Shown here piece by piece: positions 49,997-59,830 of a DNA stretch of 64,000 nt. Every line of letters starts with the position of its first letter. Position 1 is the first letter of the stretch. Position numbers and translations under genes: made by a program. Source of the stretch: Candidatus Latescibacterota bacterium (GTDB lineage Bacteria > Latescibacterota > UBA2968); the NCBI GenBank assembly GCA_965204745.1, contig OZ242010.1:3360001-3424000 (forward strand). The letters are read 5' to 3'. The notes beneath the pieces are model-generated. The model worked only from the letters and a program-made list of their open reading frames with translations. It was not told the DNA's origin and searched no databases.

Positions 49997-52993
49997 TTAT
50001 CGGTAGGTCAGATCAAACACTTTATCGGCCAGCCAGCGTTTGAACGCTGCGTTGTCCGAGTATTGCTTGTAGAGTTCGGTGTCGTCGGCAAGCAGATCGG
50101 TGATCGCTTTCTCCAATGCCCTGTCGTGCTCGATGCGGGTGTTCTGCGCGTCCGCGTGTTGTCGCGCATTGAGATAGGCATGGTCCGCCGCGACCCGTTG
50201 CGGCACATCCTCGGTGATCAGCCGGCGGATGCGGTCCGCATCGGTCCACGGAATATCGCCGAACAAATCGTTAAATTCCCGCAGAATGTTGGAGAGCAGG
50301 TCCATTTCCGGCTCGGGTTGGTACCCGCCGCCACTCGCGGGCACTGGCGCGATTTCGGCGTCCTCGTCGGGCAAGAGGATTTGCAGGGTCGCCTGTTTCT
50401 CGGCGCGGTAGCTGTCCATGTCGATGGCGTTCTCAATGCCCAGCGACATATCCTCGCCCGCGGGCGTCGGCAACTTGGGAATGAGAAAGGTCAGAAAAAT
50501 GGACAACTTCTCCCACTCCGCATTCTTGTATGGCAACACCTGCGCCAGGAAATTGTAGGCGCGGGTAAAGGCTTTGGCCTTGCTCTTGAAATCGACCTGC
50601 CCGTCCTCGTCCAAGTCGCGGCGATAGATGGTCACGCACCCGTCCAAAATCGGATCGAGAACAGCGCGGTCGTCGCCGTTCAAATACGCCGCCACCAGCG
50701 CATCGACTCGCTCTTCGGAATAGACCTGCTGGCCGTCTAAGGCGGCCTTGAGGTCGTGCAACTTGTCCGGGTCGGTTTCGTCCGCCAAGATGGTGGTGCG
50801 GTAGTACGCGGCAAAGGCGTCTTTGATGGCATCGGCGTCGTTGTGGAAATCGAGCACAAACGTATCGCGCTTGGCCGGGTGGGCGCGGTTGAGGCGCGAC
50901 AGGGTCTGGACGGCGCGGATATCGGACAGCACCTTATCCACGTACATCGTGTGCAACAACGGCTCGTCGTAGCCGGTTTGGAACTTGTCCGCACAGACGA
51001 GAAACCGATAGGGGTTTTGCTGAATTTTGCGGGCGATCTGCGACGACGGAAACCCGTTCAACCGCGCTTCGCTCACCTGCTCGTCGCCGTACTCGACCTC
51101 GCCGGAAAAGGCCACGATGGCTTTGTGCGGGCTGTTGCGCTCGGCGAGATAGTCGCAGATGGCGCGATAGTAAGCTACTGCCATCTCGATGCCGCCGGTG
51201 ACGACCATGGCACGCGCCTGTCCGTCGATTTTGCACGGGGCCAGCACCTGCTCGTGGAAGTGATCGACGATGATCTCGGCTTTGAGGCGGATGGCCCGGC
51301 TGTGGGTTTCCACATACCGGATGAGCTTTTTGCGCGCCTTGTTGGCGTCGAACTCCGGGTCGTCCGCGATGGTCTTGGCGAGGCGGTAGTAGCTCGTTAC
51401 CGGCGTGTAGTGCCCGAGCACGTCCAAGATGAACCCCTCTTGGATGGCCTGTTTCATCGCATAGCTGTGAAAGGGCAGGTGCCGGATCGCGCCGTCGGGC
51501 TGTGGCGCGGGTGTGCCGAACAACTCCAGCGTCTTGTTCTTGGGCGTGGCGGTGAAGGCGAAATAACTGGCGTTGGCGAGCAGGCGCCGCTGTTCGATGA
51601 TGCGGTTGATCTGATCTTCAAACGTCTCGTCCTCATCCGCGGCGCGATCCCCCAAGACATGGGCCATAGCCGATGCCGTGCGCCCGCCTTGGCTGGAGTG
51701 GGCTTCGTCGATGAGGATGGCAAAGCGGCGGCTCTGATGCTCGTTGTCGATCTCGTCCAAGATGAACGGGAACTTCTGCACGGTGGAGATGATGATTTTC
51801 TTGCCCTCGCCGATAAAGCGGCGCAAGTCCCCAGAATTTTCAGCGTGGCCCACGGTCGCGCCCACTTGCGCGAACTGCCGGATGGTGTCGTTGATCTGCC
51901 GGTCCAAGATGATGCGGTCCGTCACGACGATGATGGAATCAAAAACCGGCTTGCCACCCTGTTCCAAGCCGATGAGCCGGTGCGCCAACCACGCGATAGA
52001 GTTGGACTTGCCACTGCCGGCCGAGTGCTGGATGAGATAGCGTTGCCCAACGCCGTGCTCGGTGACCGAGGCCAACAGTTTCCGAACCACGTCCAATTGG
52101 TGATAGCGCGGCCAGATTTGCGTCTTGGTTTTGCGCCCGGTCTCGGGGGCCGTGGATTCTACCAGCAGGGCGTAGTTTTCCACGATGTCGGTCAGGCTCC
52201 GCCGGGTCAGCACGTCGCGCCACAAGTAATCGGTCTTGATGCCGTTGGGGTTGGGCGGGTTGCCCGCGCCGTCGTTGTAGCCCTTGTTGAACGGCAGGAA
52301 CCATGACGCCTTGCTGTTGAGGTGCGTGCAGAACAGCACTTCGAGGTCGTCCACGGCGAAGTGGGCCATGCAGCGACCGAGTCGGAAGAGTGCCTCTTTG
52401 GGATCGCGGTCGCGTTTGTATTGCTCGACAGCATCGGCGGCGGTCTGTTTGGTAAGGCTGTTTTTCAACTCAAAGGTCGCCACCGGCAGGCCGTTGATGA
52501 ACAGCGCGAGGTCGAGGGTCAGCCGCGGGTTGGCATTGCTGTACGACAACTGGCGCGTGACCGAAAAGCGGTTCTGCTCGTACAGGGTTGTTGCCTGCGG
52601 GTTGCCCGGCGAGGGCGTGCCATAAAAGAGCGCGAGGGCGTGCGGCCCGTGCTTGACGCCATTGCGGAGGACTTCGACGACACCGCGCTTGCCCACTTCG
52701 TTTTTCAGCCGGGCGAGAAACTTGCGGCGCGCCGGGCTATCCATATCCAAAGACAGCGCGTCGGCGAGGTGCGGTTGCGTGGCCTTGAGAAACGCGGTCA
52801 ACTGCGCCAAATCCACGCAGTGCTCGCGGTCGTACTCGTCGGAGCAACCGTTGAGCCATCCGGCTTCGTAGGTGGCCGGGCGTTCCCGTACATCAGCGGC
52901 GTCCGGCGCGTCGGCCCTGTGGGTCAGCATCGCACAGACGCGCTCCTCCAAGCCGCGTTCAGTGGTGTCGGTGGTCATGGCAACTCCAGTCAA
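49997..52993 (-). CDS. hsdR: Type I R-M restriction subunit HsdR
   Basis: DLALFINGLPVATFELK, QHSAGSGKS, IDEAHSSQ, FTATPK, KFQTGYDEP, QTLSRLNR; likely ATG at 52978. Confidence 0.95.
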   Translation of the reverse strand: MTGVAMTTDTTERGLEERVCAMLTHRADAPDAADVRERPATYEAGWLNGCSDEYDREHCVDLAQLTAFLKATQPHLADALSLDMDSPARRKFLARLKNEVGKRGVVEVLRNGVKHGPHALALFYGTPSPGNPQATTLYEQNRFSVTRQLSYSNANPRLTLDLALFINGLPVATFELKNSLTKQTAADAVEQYKRDRDPKEALFRLGRCMAHFAVDDLEVLFCTHLNSKASWFLPFNKGYNDGAGNPPNPNGIKTDYLWRDVLTRRSLTDIVENYALLVESTAPETGRKTKTQIWPRYHQLDVVRKLLASVTEHGVGQRYLIQHSAGSGKSNSIAWLAHRLIGLEQGGKPVFDSIIVVTDRIILDRQINDTIRQFAQVGATVGHAENSGDLRRFIGEGKKIIISTVQKFPFILDEIDNEHQSRRFAILIDEAHSSQGGRTASAMAHVLGDRAADEDETFEDQINRIIEQRRLLANASYFAFTATPKNKTLELFGTPAPQPDGAIRHLPFHSYAMKQAIQEGFILDVLGHYTPVTSYYRLAKTIADDPEFDANKARKKLIRYVETHSRAIRLKAEIIVDHFHEQVLAPCKIDGQARAMVVTGGIEMAVAYYRAICDYLAERNSPHKAIVAFSGEVEYGDEQVSEARLNGFPSSQIARKIQQNPYRFLVCADKFQTGYDEPLLHTMYVDKVLSDIRAVQTLSRLNRAHPAKRDTFVLDFHNDADAIKDAFAAYYRTTILADETDPDKLHDLKAALDGQQVYSEERVDALVAAYLNGDDRAVLDPILDGCVTIYRRDLDEDGQVDFKSKAKAFTRAYNFLAQVLPYKNAEWEKLSIFLTFLIPKLPTPAGEDMSLGIENAIDMDSYRAEKQATLQILLPDEDAEIAPVPASGGGYQPEPEMDLLSNILREFNDLFGDIPWTDADRIRRLITEDVPQRVAADHAYLNARQHADAQNTRIEHDRALEKAITDLLADDTELYKQYSDNAAFKRWLADKVFDLTYR

Positions 52994-53074
52994 GTACCCG
53001 TCAAGTAGAATAATCGTTTTGTTTTCAACAAGTTACGAAAAAAATACAATCACGCGCTGGTTGCCAGTCAAGTA
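52979..53074. repeat. ~96-bp direct repeat of 38893-38988
   Basis: ggcaac(t/g)ccagtcaagtacccgtcaagtagaataatc(g/a)ttttgttttcaacaagtta...ggttgccagtcaagta; offset 14086 bp. Confidence 0.9.
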
Positions 53075-53107
53075 ACGTAATTGATGCGGATTGGTGAAAT
53101 CCTTTAC

Positions 53108-53608
53108 TAGGTTGTGTTGACATTTCATTTTTTGACGTTACGCACAGAGTAGCAACTGTGTTGCTTCTTGCTCATTTAAGGCGTTTGGTCTTACAGCCTC
53201 GTTGGTTGCCTCCGATGCCTTCGGCGACTTACTTTTTTTCAACAGCAAAAAAAAGTAAGCAAAAAATGCCGCTCTCAAACGCCGAGAGGCTTGCACAGCG
53301 CAAATCGCTTTTGTAACAGCACAATATGCGCCAGCCTGCAAGGTGGGTTGCAAAATGGACATTGGTTGCGAGACGGCCTTGCGCGCTGTGCGTGATGGCT
53401 TGATCGGAGGGTGTTTTGCGAGGGCACTTGTTGTGATGCCTTCTTTGAACTGCGGAACGTCCGTGAATATGATGCAACAAAAGGCGAGAAAGTTGAAGGA
53501 GCGACTGTTTCAGTTTCTCAAACCGAGAGCATATTTTGCGATAGGGCTTGATTTTCTCGAGAAACCGCTCAAGCCAGTTGCTTTGCTCGTAAATGTCAAC
53601 AGAACCTA
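53108..53608. mobile_element. MITE-like non-autonomous element, copy 2
   Basis: TIRs taggttgtgttgacattt / aaatgtcaacagaaccta; interrupts a 3x12-bp (aRtcctttaMta) array. Confidence 0.8.
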
Positions 53609-53736
53609 AGTCCTTTACTAAATCCTTTAATAGCTCCACCGAAATGTCCAAAACCTATTAAAGAGTAAAAGTGTTGTAAAACAGAGACTTGCGGAGATTC
53701 GGCAGACGCGAACCAGTGTTTGCCATCCCCTTTCCT

Positions 53737-54039
53737 TTAATTTTCTTTATTTAATATCTCTCCCGGTTGCGCTTTCGCGGGTATCCATGCAGGTTGGGTA
53801 CGCGTACCTCGATTGACGATCTGACCGGAGCGACGCAATGCCTGCATTAAATTCTGAACCTGCCACCGCTTCTGCGCGTCCGTCAATTAGCCCGCCGGTT
53901 GATCCGCGAGGCAGGCCGAGTTCGCAAGCGCGGACAGATATTCTCCGAGTTGCTCGGGGTCATAGCGATTGCGCTTGAACTCCAACCATTCCGTCTCCGT
54001 TGGCTGACCGCGCAACTGGTCAATGCGTGCGATGTTCAT
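53737..54039 (-). pseudogene. Internally deleted second Schlafen/AlbA_2-ATPase gene (not in the ORF track)
   Basis: Manual translation: MNIARIDQLRGQPTETEWLEFKRNRYDPEQLGEYLSALANSACLADQPAG* then LTDAQKRWQVQNLMQALRRSGQIVNRGTRTQPAW (wHTH-like tail). Confidence 0.75.
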
Positions 54040-54073
54040 GTCGCGGCTACCAGACAAGCACCAGAATCTCTCG

Positions 54074-54814
54074 TTATTGAGTAGCCTCGGCTATCCGATC
54101 CGAATCTATATCAAATCCTGCATCCTTCAGCCTCTGACACAGTTTAGAAACAATCTCCTTTACGTGATGGTTATAGGTAAAGTGAATAAACCCTGAGATA
54201 TCCGAAGGCATTTCCAGATGGCCCTTTTTAATAATAGCCATCCGCTCTCGGGTGAGCGAAGAAAGAAGCATCCCTGTTTCCAGAATTACATTCTGTCGCG
54301 CCCGAGGTTCGCCGCTTTGCTCCCCATCTTTTTGGGAGTACCCGTAATCGTCCGGAGTCATCAAGACTATCCCGAAGTCCGATGTGTAATCACGCCCAAT
54401 TTGTCCTTCCAATGCCTCAATGATCGTCTTGCCACCACCACTTTTATTTATCAGGACAAAAGGATCGAGTCCGAGACGGCGTAATGCAAGCTCGAGTTGA
54501 TCTCGGGCATCCTCGTCGTGACCGTGGACGATAAAAATCTGCTTCTGGCGATCCTCGGATGCTTGGGTAGCCGGTTTGACTGGAGAAGATTCCTCCACTG
54601 CTGCATCCTCAAACACAGCTTTAAGTCTCGCTCTAGCGTCTGGCTGTCCTTGAAAATTGATAGTACCCCTTGAGGGCCACCAGTTCAGTACACCTTTTTT
54701 ATCGCTACGAAACGTATACTTCCCATTGCCGTCATCATCCCAACTCCCTGAAATTCCGGCTTGCTCTACCTTTTCTTTCAACTCGTCAATTGTTCCTTCA
54801 AATTTTTGAGCCAT
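54074..54814 (-). CDS. TIR-like nucleotide-binding protein (CAP12/DUF2321-type) with N-terminal extra domain
   Basis: IFIVHGHD, VLMTPDD, RARQNVILETG, EMPSDISG. Confidence 0.88.
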   Translation of the reverse strand: MAQKFEGTIDELKEKVEQAGISGSWDDDGNGKYTFRSDKKGVLNWWPSRGTINFQGQPDARARLKAVFEDAAVEESSPVKPATQASEDRQKQIFIVHGHDEDARDQLELALRRLGLDPFVLINKSGGGKTIIEALEGQIGRDYTSDFGIVLMTPDDYGYSQKDGEQSGEPRARQNVILETGMLLSSLTRERMAIIKKGHLEMPSDISGFIHFTYNHHVKEIVSKLCQRLKDAGFDIDSDRIAEATQ

Positions 54815-56108
54815 GGAGTTCCTCCCTAATATCTACTTGCCCGGTGACCACATCGACGATCAGGCGCATGCGGTATTCGCTCAACAATTCGATCTCCCGC
54901 TGGGCACGCGCCAGAGCGGCGTCAATGGCGGCGGTCTGTTTGTCCAAATACGCGGCGATAGCGGCTTGTTCGGCGAGGGGTGGAACGCAGACGTGAAATG
55001 AACGAAAGCGACTTTCAGCAATGGCCGGATACGCAATGCCAACCGATTCCGCTGTTACGCGGTCGGTAAATGCGTTGTCTTGGACCGCGTAACTCACGAA
55101 TTTGGGCACTGTCGCACGGCGAGGAGTAAGAACCGCAAAGCCCGTCGAGCAGATCAAGGCGTCGTTCACTTCTTTGGCGAACCAAACCGCTTTCAAGTAC
55201 GTCCTCACTGTGGAGATGATGGTATCGCCGCTTTTGACGATGCGCCTAGCCCTTGAAGGCGCATGAGCGAAACGAATGGTGGCAGGTTCCTCGACGAGTA
55301 CACCTGTGCCTACTGCGCCGATTTCCAAATAACGAAATTCAAAGTCGGGATCAGTTGTTTCGGGTAGCATCGCCTCATTTATTTTGACCCAATGCTTCAA
55401 CCGCCGCACCTCCCAATGCGCGGGTATGTCGCCGATCCATTCCACGCCAGAGGGCTTGAGGGGCACATCCGGGTCAAGTCCTTGCGTGACCATCTCGTGG
55501 ATAACGGCCTGCCGATACTCCTTGAGCAACTCGATGAGCCGTTCCCTGCTACGGAGGTAGCGGCGGATGCGCCCATCGGTGTGATCGAGATAGCGGACGA
55601 TAGCGGCTTGCTCGGCAAGGGGTGGGACAAGAAGGGGCTGAGTGCCAACATCCCCCACACTAACCGCATCATAAGTCGAGCCTGTGGAAGCCAATCGCAA
55701 ACCATGTTCAAGGACTTCGAGTTGGTAACGAGCAAAAGCCGTTTGTAAAACGCGCTTGTGCGGGAGAAGGGCGCACAGGCCGCGCCCAATGCCGTACTCT
55801 TGGTCGGCTATGTTGAGCCGTCCGACTGGGGCGCGGACGGACAGCAAGATGGCTCCCATCGGACTAACTTTCTTCGGTGCCCGACAAAATTGCACCGGAC
55901 TTGGATGCCTTTCGCCAAACTCGGCACAGCCTTGCAGGAACGGCAACCCGATAGGCTTATCGCTACACTCACTTCCCGGTGGCGATTGACCCATCATTAA
56001 GGTCACGGCTTGCTTCAACCGCCGCACCTCCCAATGCGCGGGCACATCGCCGATCCACTCCACGCCGGAGGGCTTGTAGTGGGGATAGGGTTTGAGATTG
56101 GAGGTCAT
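54798..56108 (-). CDS. hsdS: Type I HsdS specificity subunit (two TRDs)
   Basis: KPSGVEWIGD x2, PPLAEQAAI x2, VVTGQVDIRE. Confidence 0.93.
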   Translation of the reverse strand: MTSNLKPYPHYKPSGVEWIGDVPAHWEVRRLKQAVTLMMGQSPPGSECSDKPIGLPFLQGCAEFGERHPSPVQFCRAPKKVSPMGAILLSVRAPVGRLNIADQEYGIGRGLCALLPHKRVLQTAFARYQLEVLEHGLRLASTGSTYDAVSVGDVGTQPLLVPPLAEQAAIVRYLDHTDGRIRRYLRSRERLIELLKEYRQAVIHEMVTQGLDPDVPLKPSGVEWIGDIPAHWEVRRLKHWVKINEAMLPETTDPDFEFRYLEIGAVGTGVLVEEPATIRFAHAPSRARRIVKSGDTIISTVRTYLKAVWFAKEVNDALICSTGFAVLTPRRATVPKFVSYAVQDNAFTDRVTAESVGIAYPAIAESRFRSFHVCVPPLAEQAAIAAYLDKQTAAIDAALARAQREIELLSEYRMRLIVDVVTGQVDIREELHGSKI

Positions 56109-56109
56109 T

Positions 56110-58170
56110 TTAAGGTACTTTATATGTCCTGATATTATTAAGCAATGTGCGGAGTTCTGTTACCGGCTCGGATGCCTCGATAAATTTAGAGTACGCAGAG
56201 AAAGCATTGTTAATCAGTTCGGTATAGGTGAGAACTCTGATGCGAAAAGGTTTCAAAGAATCTTCATCGTCTTTTCTGGTTTTAGGATTGTTCCATCCCC
56301 TAGGAAGCCTATTGACAATGCAAAATGATTCAATAAGGAAGTGACTCTCATTAGGGTCTTTTTCTAATTCGAGTTCAACGGCATTTATATATTTTTTTAT
56401 TTGAGACTCGATGTCTGTTTTTTCCAAAGATCTTTCAGGTTTTTTTAATTCGATGATCACATGTGCGCGAGAGACCCTACGGTATCTGATATCTGTTCTC
56501 ACATATTTGTATTTTTCGGTGATTCCATCCACGACTCTTTGAAGAGTTTGTTCCATGTGTTTATACTCGGTTGTGCGTTCCCATGCAGGATCAAGAAGCC
56601 ACAAACGGTCAAATATGTACTCTTGTAATACCTTTTCTTTTTCATTCTCCGCAACTTTATCGCGGAATTGCTTGATTACATCAAGCCGTTCTTGAACGAT
56701 CTCGTGATAACGAGCCGCCTCTATAGCATCAATATCAGATAGATAGCTAAGAAATTCATCAAGATTGGACGCATCAATGGTTTCCAATTTCTCCAAAGCA
56801 TGGTTCATCTTGAGCGTTTCAAAAGCCAAAATTCCGTCGGCATACAGATTCTGCTTATACGCCTCATCAACACTTGCTTGATCGATAACGGCAAAAATTT
56901 TGCTTGCTGGTTCTTGCAGTGACCGCGGCTTTAATTCATCATACCACTTTTTGATGAAAGGATTGGAAGATATAGCAACATCTAATCCTTTCTTTTCTTT
57001 AAGCTTGTCTGTTACCGTCCGTATCTGCCGCATTTCATTATCAATAAATTTTTTCGTTGCGATATAGCGTGGGTCGTCCTCACGAAGTCTCTGGCGACTT
57101 GATGTGGCAATATCATCTTCATCGTCTTCGTCGAGAAAATCAGCGTAGATTTCTCCGTAAATGTATTTGCTTATCATTGAGCCCATGCGGAGTTCATACA
57201 AAATATCTTCCTGTGCCACTTTACCTCGTACGACAATCGTAATTTTGTTCAGATTATCGCCCTCTCCCTGGTCATCCAAATCATTGGAGTGACGTGCAAC
57301 ACCTATCCAGCCGCTCACTTCGTATTCCCCTTCTTCGGTGGCATTGCCTTCCCGATCAAAACGGCAGGGGTGTTCAAAGCACATCTCTTTTTGGGTATCG
57401 TTGTCTATGTCCAAATTTTGGCAATATTGGGTGTAATCGTGATCACCGTATTGAAAAAGAAATCGGGCTTTGTGAAAATAATCTCGGTCAGAAAATTTGA
57501 CCTTGTCACCATTGACCAAGATACGAAACTCCGGATCATCAATGATCCCAAATCTACGAGCGATTCTCTTTCTAAGACCGCTGATCGACGCTTTGGTCAA
57601 TCGCATCTTCTTCAATGCCGCAATTTTTATCACTGTTCCTTGCGTTTTGATATCAGCATCAAATTCAATTTGCTCAGGTTCGTATTCCCCCGGCGATGAC
57701 GGATCCTCATTTTGGATAACCTCTTTTATTTTCTCTGCATCCATCAAAAAGGCTTCGTCCTTACCGCCCTTTTTTCGGGTATAAACAAAAATTTTGTTTG
57801 CAATGGAAAACAAGGATAGCTTGCCAATGCCTTTTCTACCCATCGGTTTTCTGCCACCCGGAGTGCGAAAATCGGCCACCGGTTTTCTGCCACCCGGAGT
57901 GCGAAAATCGGCCACCTTTCTATCTCTCTTTTGATATCCGACGTGCAGGTACTTGTCGTTAATGTCGTTCACGTCCATTCCGTGTCCGTTATCGGTCACT
58001 GTGATCGTTTTCTGTTGGATATCGAAATCAACTTTTACCTCGGTTGCGTCGGCATCCCAAGCATTGGCAATCACCTCGGCAATCACTGCCGGCGTGTTGC
58101 TATACAGATTCAACCCCAGGTGGTTGAGCACATTCAAACTGATGCTCATTTTGTATCTGCTATTAGACAT
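56110..58170 (-). CDS. GHKL/MORC ATPase - PD-(D/E)xK nuclease, BbrUII/HgiDII-like Type II restriction enzyme
   Basis: EVIANAWDADA, DNGHGM, GRKGIGKLS; C-terminal TDIRY...IIELKKP. Confidence 0.8.
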   Translation of the reverse strand: MSNSRYKMSISLNVLNHLGLNLYSNTPAVIAEVIANAWDADATEVKVDFDIQQKTITVTDNGHGMDVNDINDKYLHVGYQKRDRKVADFRTPGGRKPVADFRTPGGRKPMGRKGIGKLSLFSIANKIFVYTRKKGGKDEAFLMDAEKIKEVIQNEDPSSPGEYEPEQIEFDADIKTQGTVIKIAALKKMRLTKASISGLRKRIARRFGIIDDPEFRILVNGDKVKFSDRDYFHKARFLFQYGDHDYTQYCQNLDIDNDTQKEMCFEHPCRFDREGNATEEGEYEVSGWIGVARHSNDLDDQGEGDNLNKITIVVRGKVAQEDILYELRMGSMISKYIYGEIYADFLDEDDEDDIATSSRQRLREDDPRYIATKKFIDNEMRQIRTVTDKLKEKKGLDVAISSNPFIKKWYDELKPRSLQEPASKIFAVIDQASVDEAYKQNLYADGILAFETLKMNHALEKLETIDASNLDEFLSYLSDIDAIEAARYHEIVQERLDVIKQFRDKVAENEKEKVLQEYIFDRLWLLDPAWERTTEYKHMEQTLQRVVDGITEKYKYVRTDIRYRRVSRAHVIIELKKPERSLEKTDIESQIKKYINAVELELEKDPNESHFLIESFCIVNRLPRGWNNPKTRKDDEDSLKPFRIRVLTYTELINNAFSAYSKFIEASEPVTELRTLLNNIRTYKVP

Positions 58171-59206
58171 TTGTAGCCTCTATAAGTGATTTGCCGATGG
58201 CTTCGGCCAGTTTAACCGGTACAGCATTGCCCACATGTCGCGCCGTTTTGGTTATGACAACGGATTGCTCAGCCTCTGCGAATTTGTAATCGCGCGGAAA
58301 GGTTTGCAACAATGCGGCTTCTCGAACGGATATTGCGCGATGTTGCTCGGGATGCCCAAAGCGTCCGGTGCTGTAATAACAAAATTGGGTGGTGATGGTC
58401 GGTGCCGGCGCGTTCCAGCGCATTCTGCCGTAGGACGATGAATAGGATGCCTTGCGATGGCAAGCGTTGACAATATCATCGTCCCAATCCTTCCACGTCC
58501 CACCCTGTTTGGATTGGCGAATCCGTTGCTTATTCTTTTTTGATAACGCCATTGAAATATGAGCAGGGTCATCGGGAGAGGATTCTCCGTCTTGAATCTC
58601 GGGCAAATCTCGGATAAAGTCGGCAACGGTCATTTTATTTTTAATAGGGCGCGGCAAAGAAACGTCACCCAATTTGGATGCCAACAAAACGAGTCGTCGT
58701 CTATTTTGCGGAACGCCATAGTCCACACAGCGCAAAATAGCATGATCGTGACAATAGCGCAGTTGATCCAGCGTTGAGAGGAACTCATCGAAAGATTCAT
58801 GCTTCATGAGACCTGGCACGTTCTCCATCGAGACCAAATCGGGATTGCATTCTTCAATCAGGCGGGCAAATTCACCAACCAATGAGCAGTCATCCGCCCG
58901 AGAAGTTTTCGTCTTTCTATTCTCATTATGCGCTGAAAAAGGCTGACAAGGCGCACAACCAACCATTACCGTAACATCCGCGTCCTTGTAATGTGGCGCA
59001 ATATGGCGGAATTGAAGATCACGAACATCGTCCAAAAAAAACTTGGAGTTACGATTATTGGCCTCGTATGCATATTGACACGCCGGATCAGTATCGAATC
59101 CTGCCTTGACGCGAATGCCTGATAAATTGAGTCCGTGCGTCAACCCACCAATACCGCAAAAGACATCCACTGCGTGAATTTTCTGTGATCCGTTTTTTGC
59201 TGGCAT
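58163..59206 (-). CDS. DNA (cytosine-5)-methyltransferase
   Basis: DVFCGIGG, GCAPCQPFS, MENVPG, YGVPQNRRR, REAALLQTFP, VGNAVP. Confidence 0.95.
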   Translation of the reverse strand: MPAKNGSQKIHAVDVFCGIGGLTHGLNLSGIRVKAGFDTDPACQYAYEANNRNSKFFLDDVRDLQFRHIAPHYKDADVTVMVGCAPCQPFSAHNENRKTKTSRADDCSLVGEFARLIEECNPDLVSMENVPGLMKHESFDEFLSTLDQLRYCHDHAILRCVDYGVPQNRRRLVLLASKLGDVSLPRPIKNKMTVADFIRDLPEIQDGESSPDDPAHISMALSKKNKQRIRQSKQGGTWKDWDDDIVNACHRKASYSSSYGRMRWNAPAPTITTQFCYYSTGRFGHPEQHRAISVREAALLQTFPRDYKFAEAEQSVVITKTARHVGNAVPVKLAEAIGKSLIEATNV

Positions 59207-59508
59207 TTTAGGTCCCTCCTTTTATCAGTTGAGCACTTTTCCGTATCATAGCCAACTTTGCTCGCATGTTCTAAGGATGCCTTTAGTATGGCGGAATGGC
59301 TACTCCCCGATAATCTTCAAGCAACCTTCCTTTTTTCCTTTCTACGGCCCAAACATCCCTAGCGTCCACATCGGCTACGACTCGTGAAACTTGGGAAATA
59401 TCCACTAGCAAGTCAACCCCAAATCACGGCACCTCGGTTCCTCGCTGGGCGAGATACTGGCTATATGCGAACAGCCGATCTCGCCTTTTGCCCGTGATCT
59501 CACGGGGG

Positions 59509-59562
59509 CCACGCCACGCCGGAGGGCTTGTAGTGGGGATAGGGTTTGAGGTCGGCTGTCAT
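59509..59562 (-). pseudogene. hsdS 5' stub (18 codons) at the island's right edge
   Basis: Reads MTADLKPYPHYKPSGVAW, matching the starts of both hsdS genes, then diverges. Confidence 0.8.
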
Positions 59563-59752
59563 TATGTTATTTGCTCCGATCCGCGTCTTTAATTGATTTG
59601 ATATTGACCTGTGGGACACTTCAGCGCATCGGCAAATCTACGAAATGGGGTACAACTAGCCGGTGAACGGCCTTGAGAAGTGGCCCGTTGTACCCCATCC
59701 TCATGCCCGTTCATCTGCGAAGTGCGTCGGGTTTTGGGGTTGTTGGGTAGGG

Positions 59753-59797
59753 ACTGACAACTGACAACTGACAACTGACAACTGACAACTGACAACT
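59753..59797. repeat. (ACTGACA)n heptamer array
   Basis: About 6 tandem copies; same family as 17487 and 36306. Confidence 0.9.
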
Positions 59798-59830
59798 TAA
59801 TTGAGATGACTCGCTACACTACATTGTAGG

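Noticed and set aside
45408-54814. Type II CBASS (E1/E2/JAB plus TIR)
   Set aside because: No CD-NTase found; E2 is separate, JAB is fused to E1, and dedicated Ubls are present
40590-59562. Invertible hsdS shufflon or integron
   Set aside because: All hsdS pieces are in direct orientation; no recombinase or IntI gene and no attC-like sites recognised
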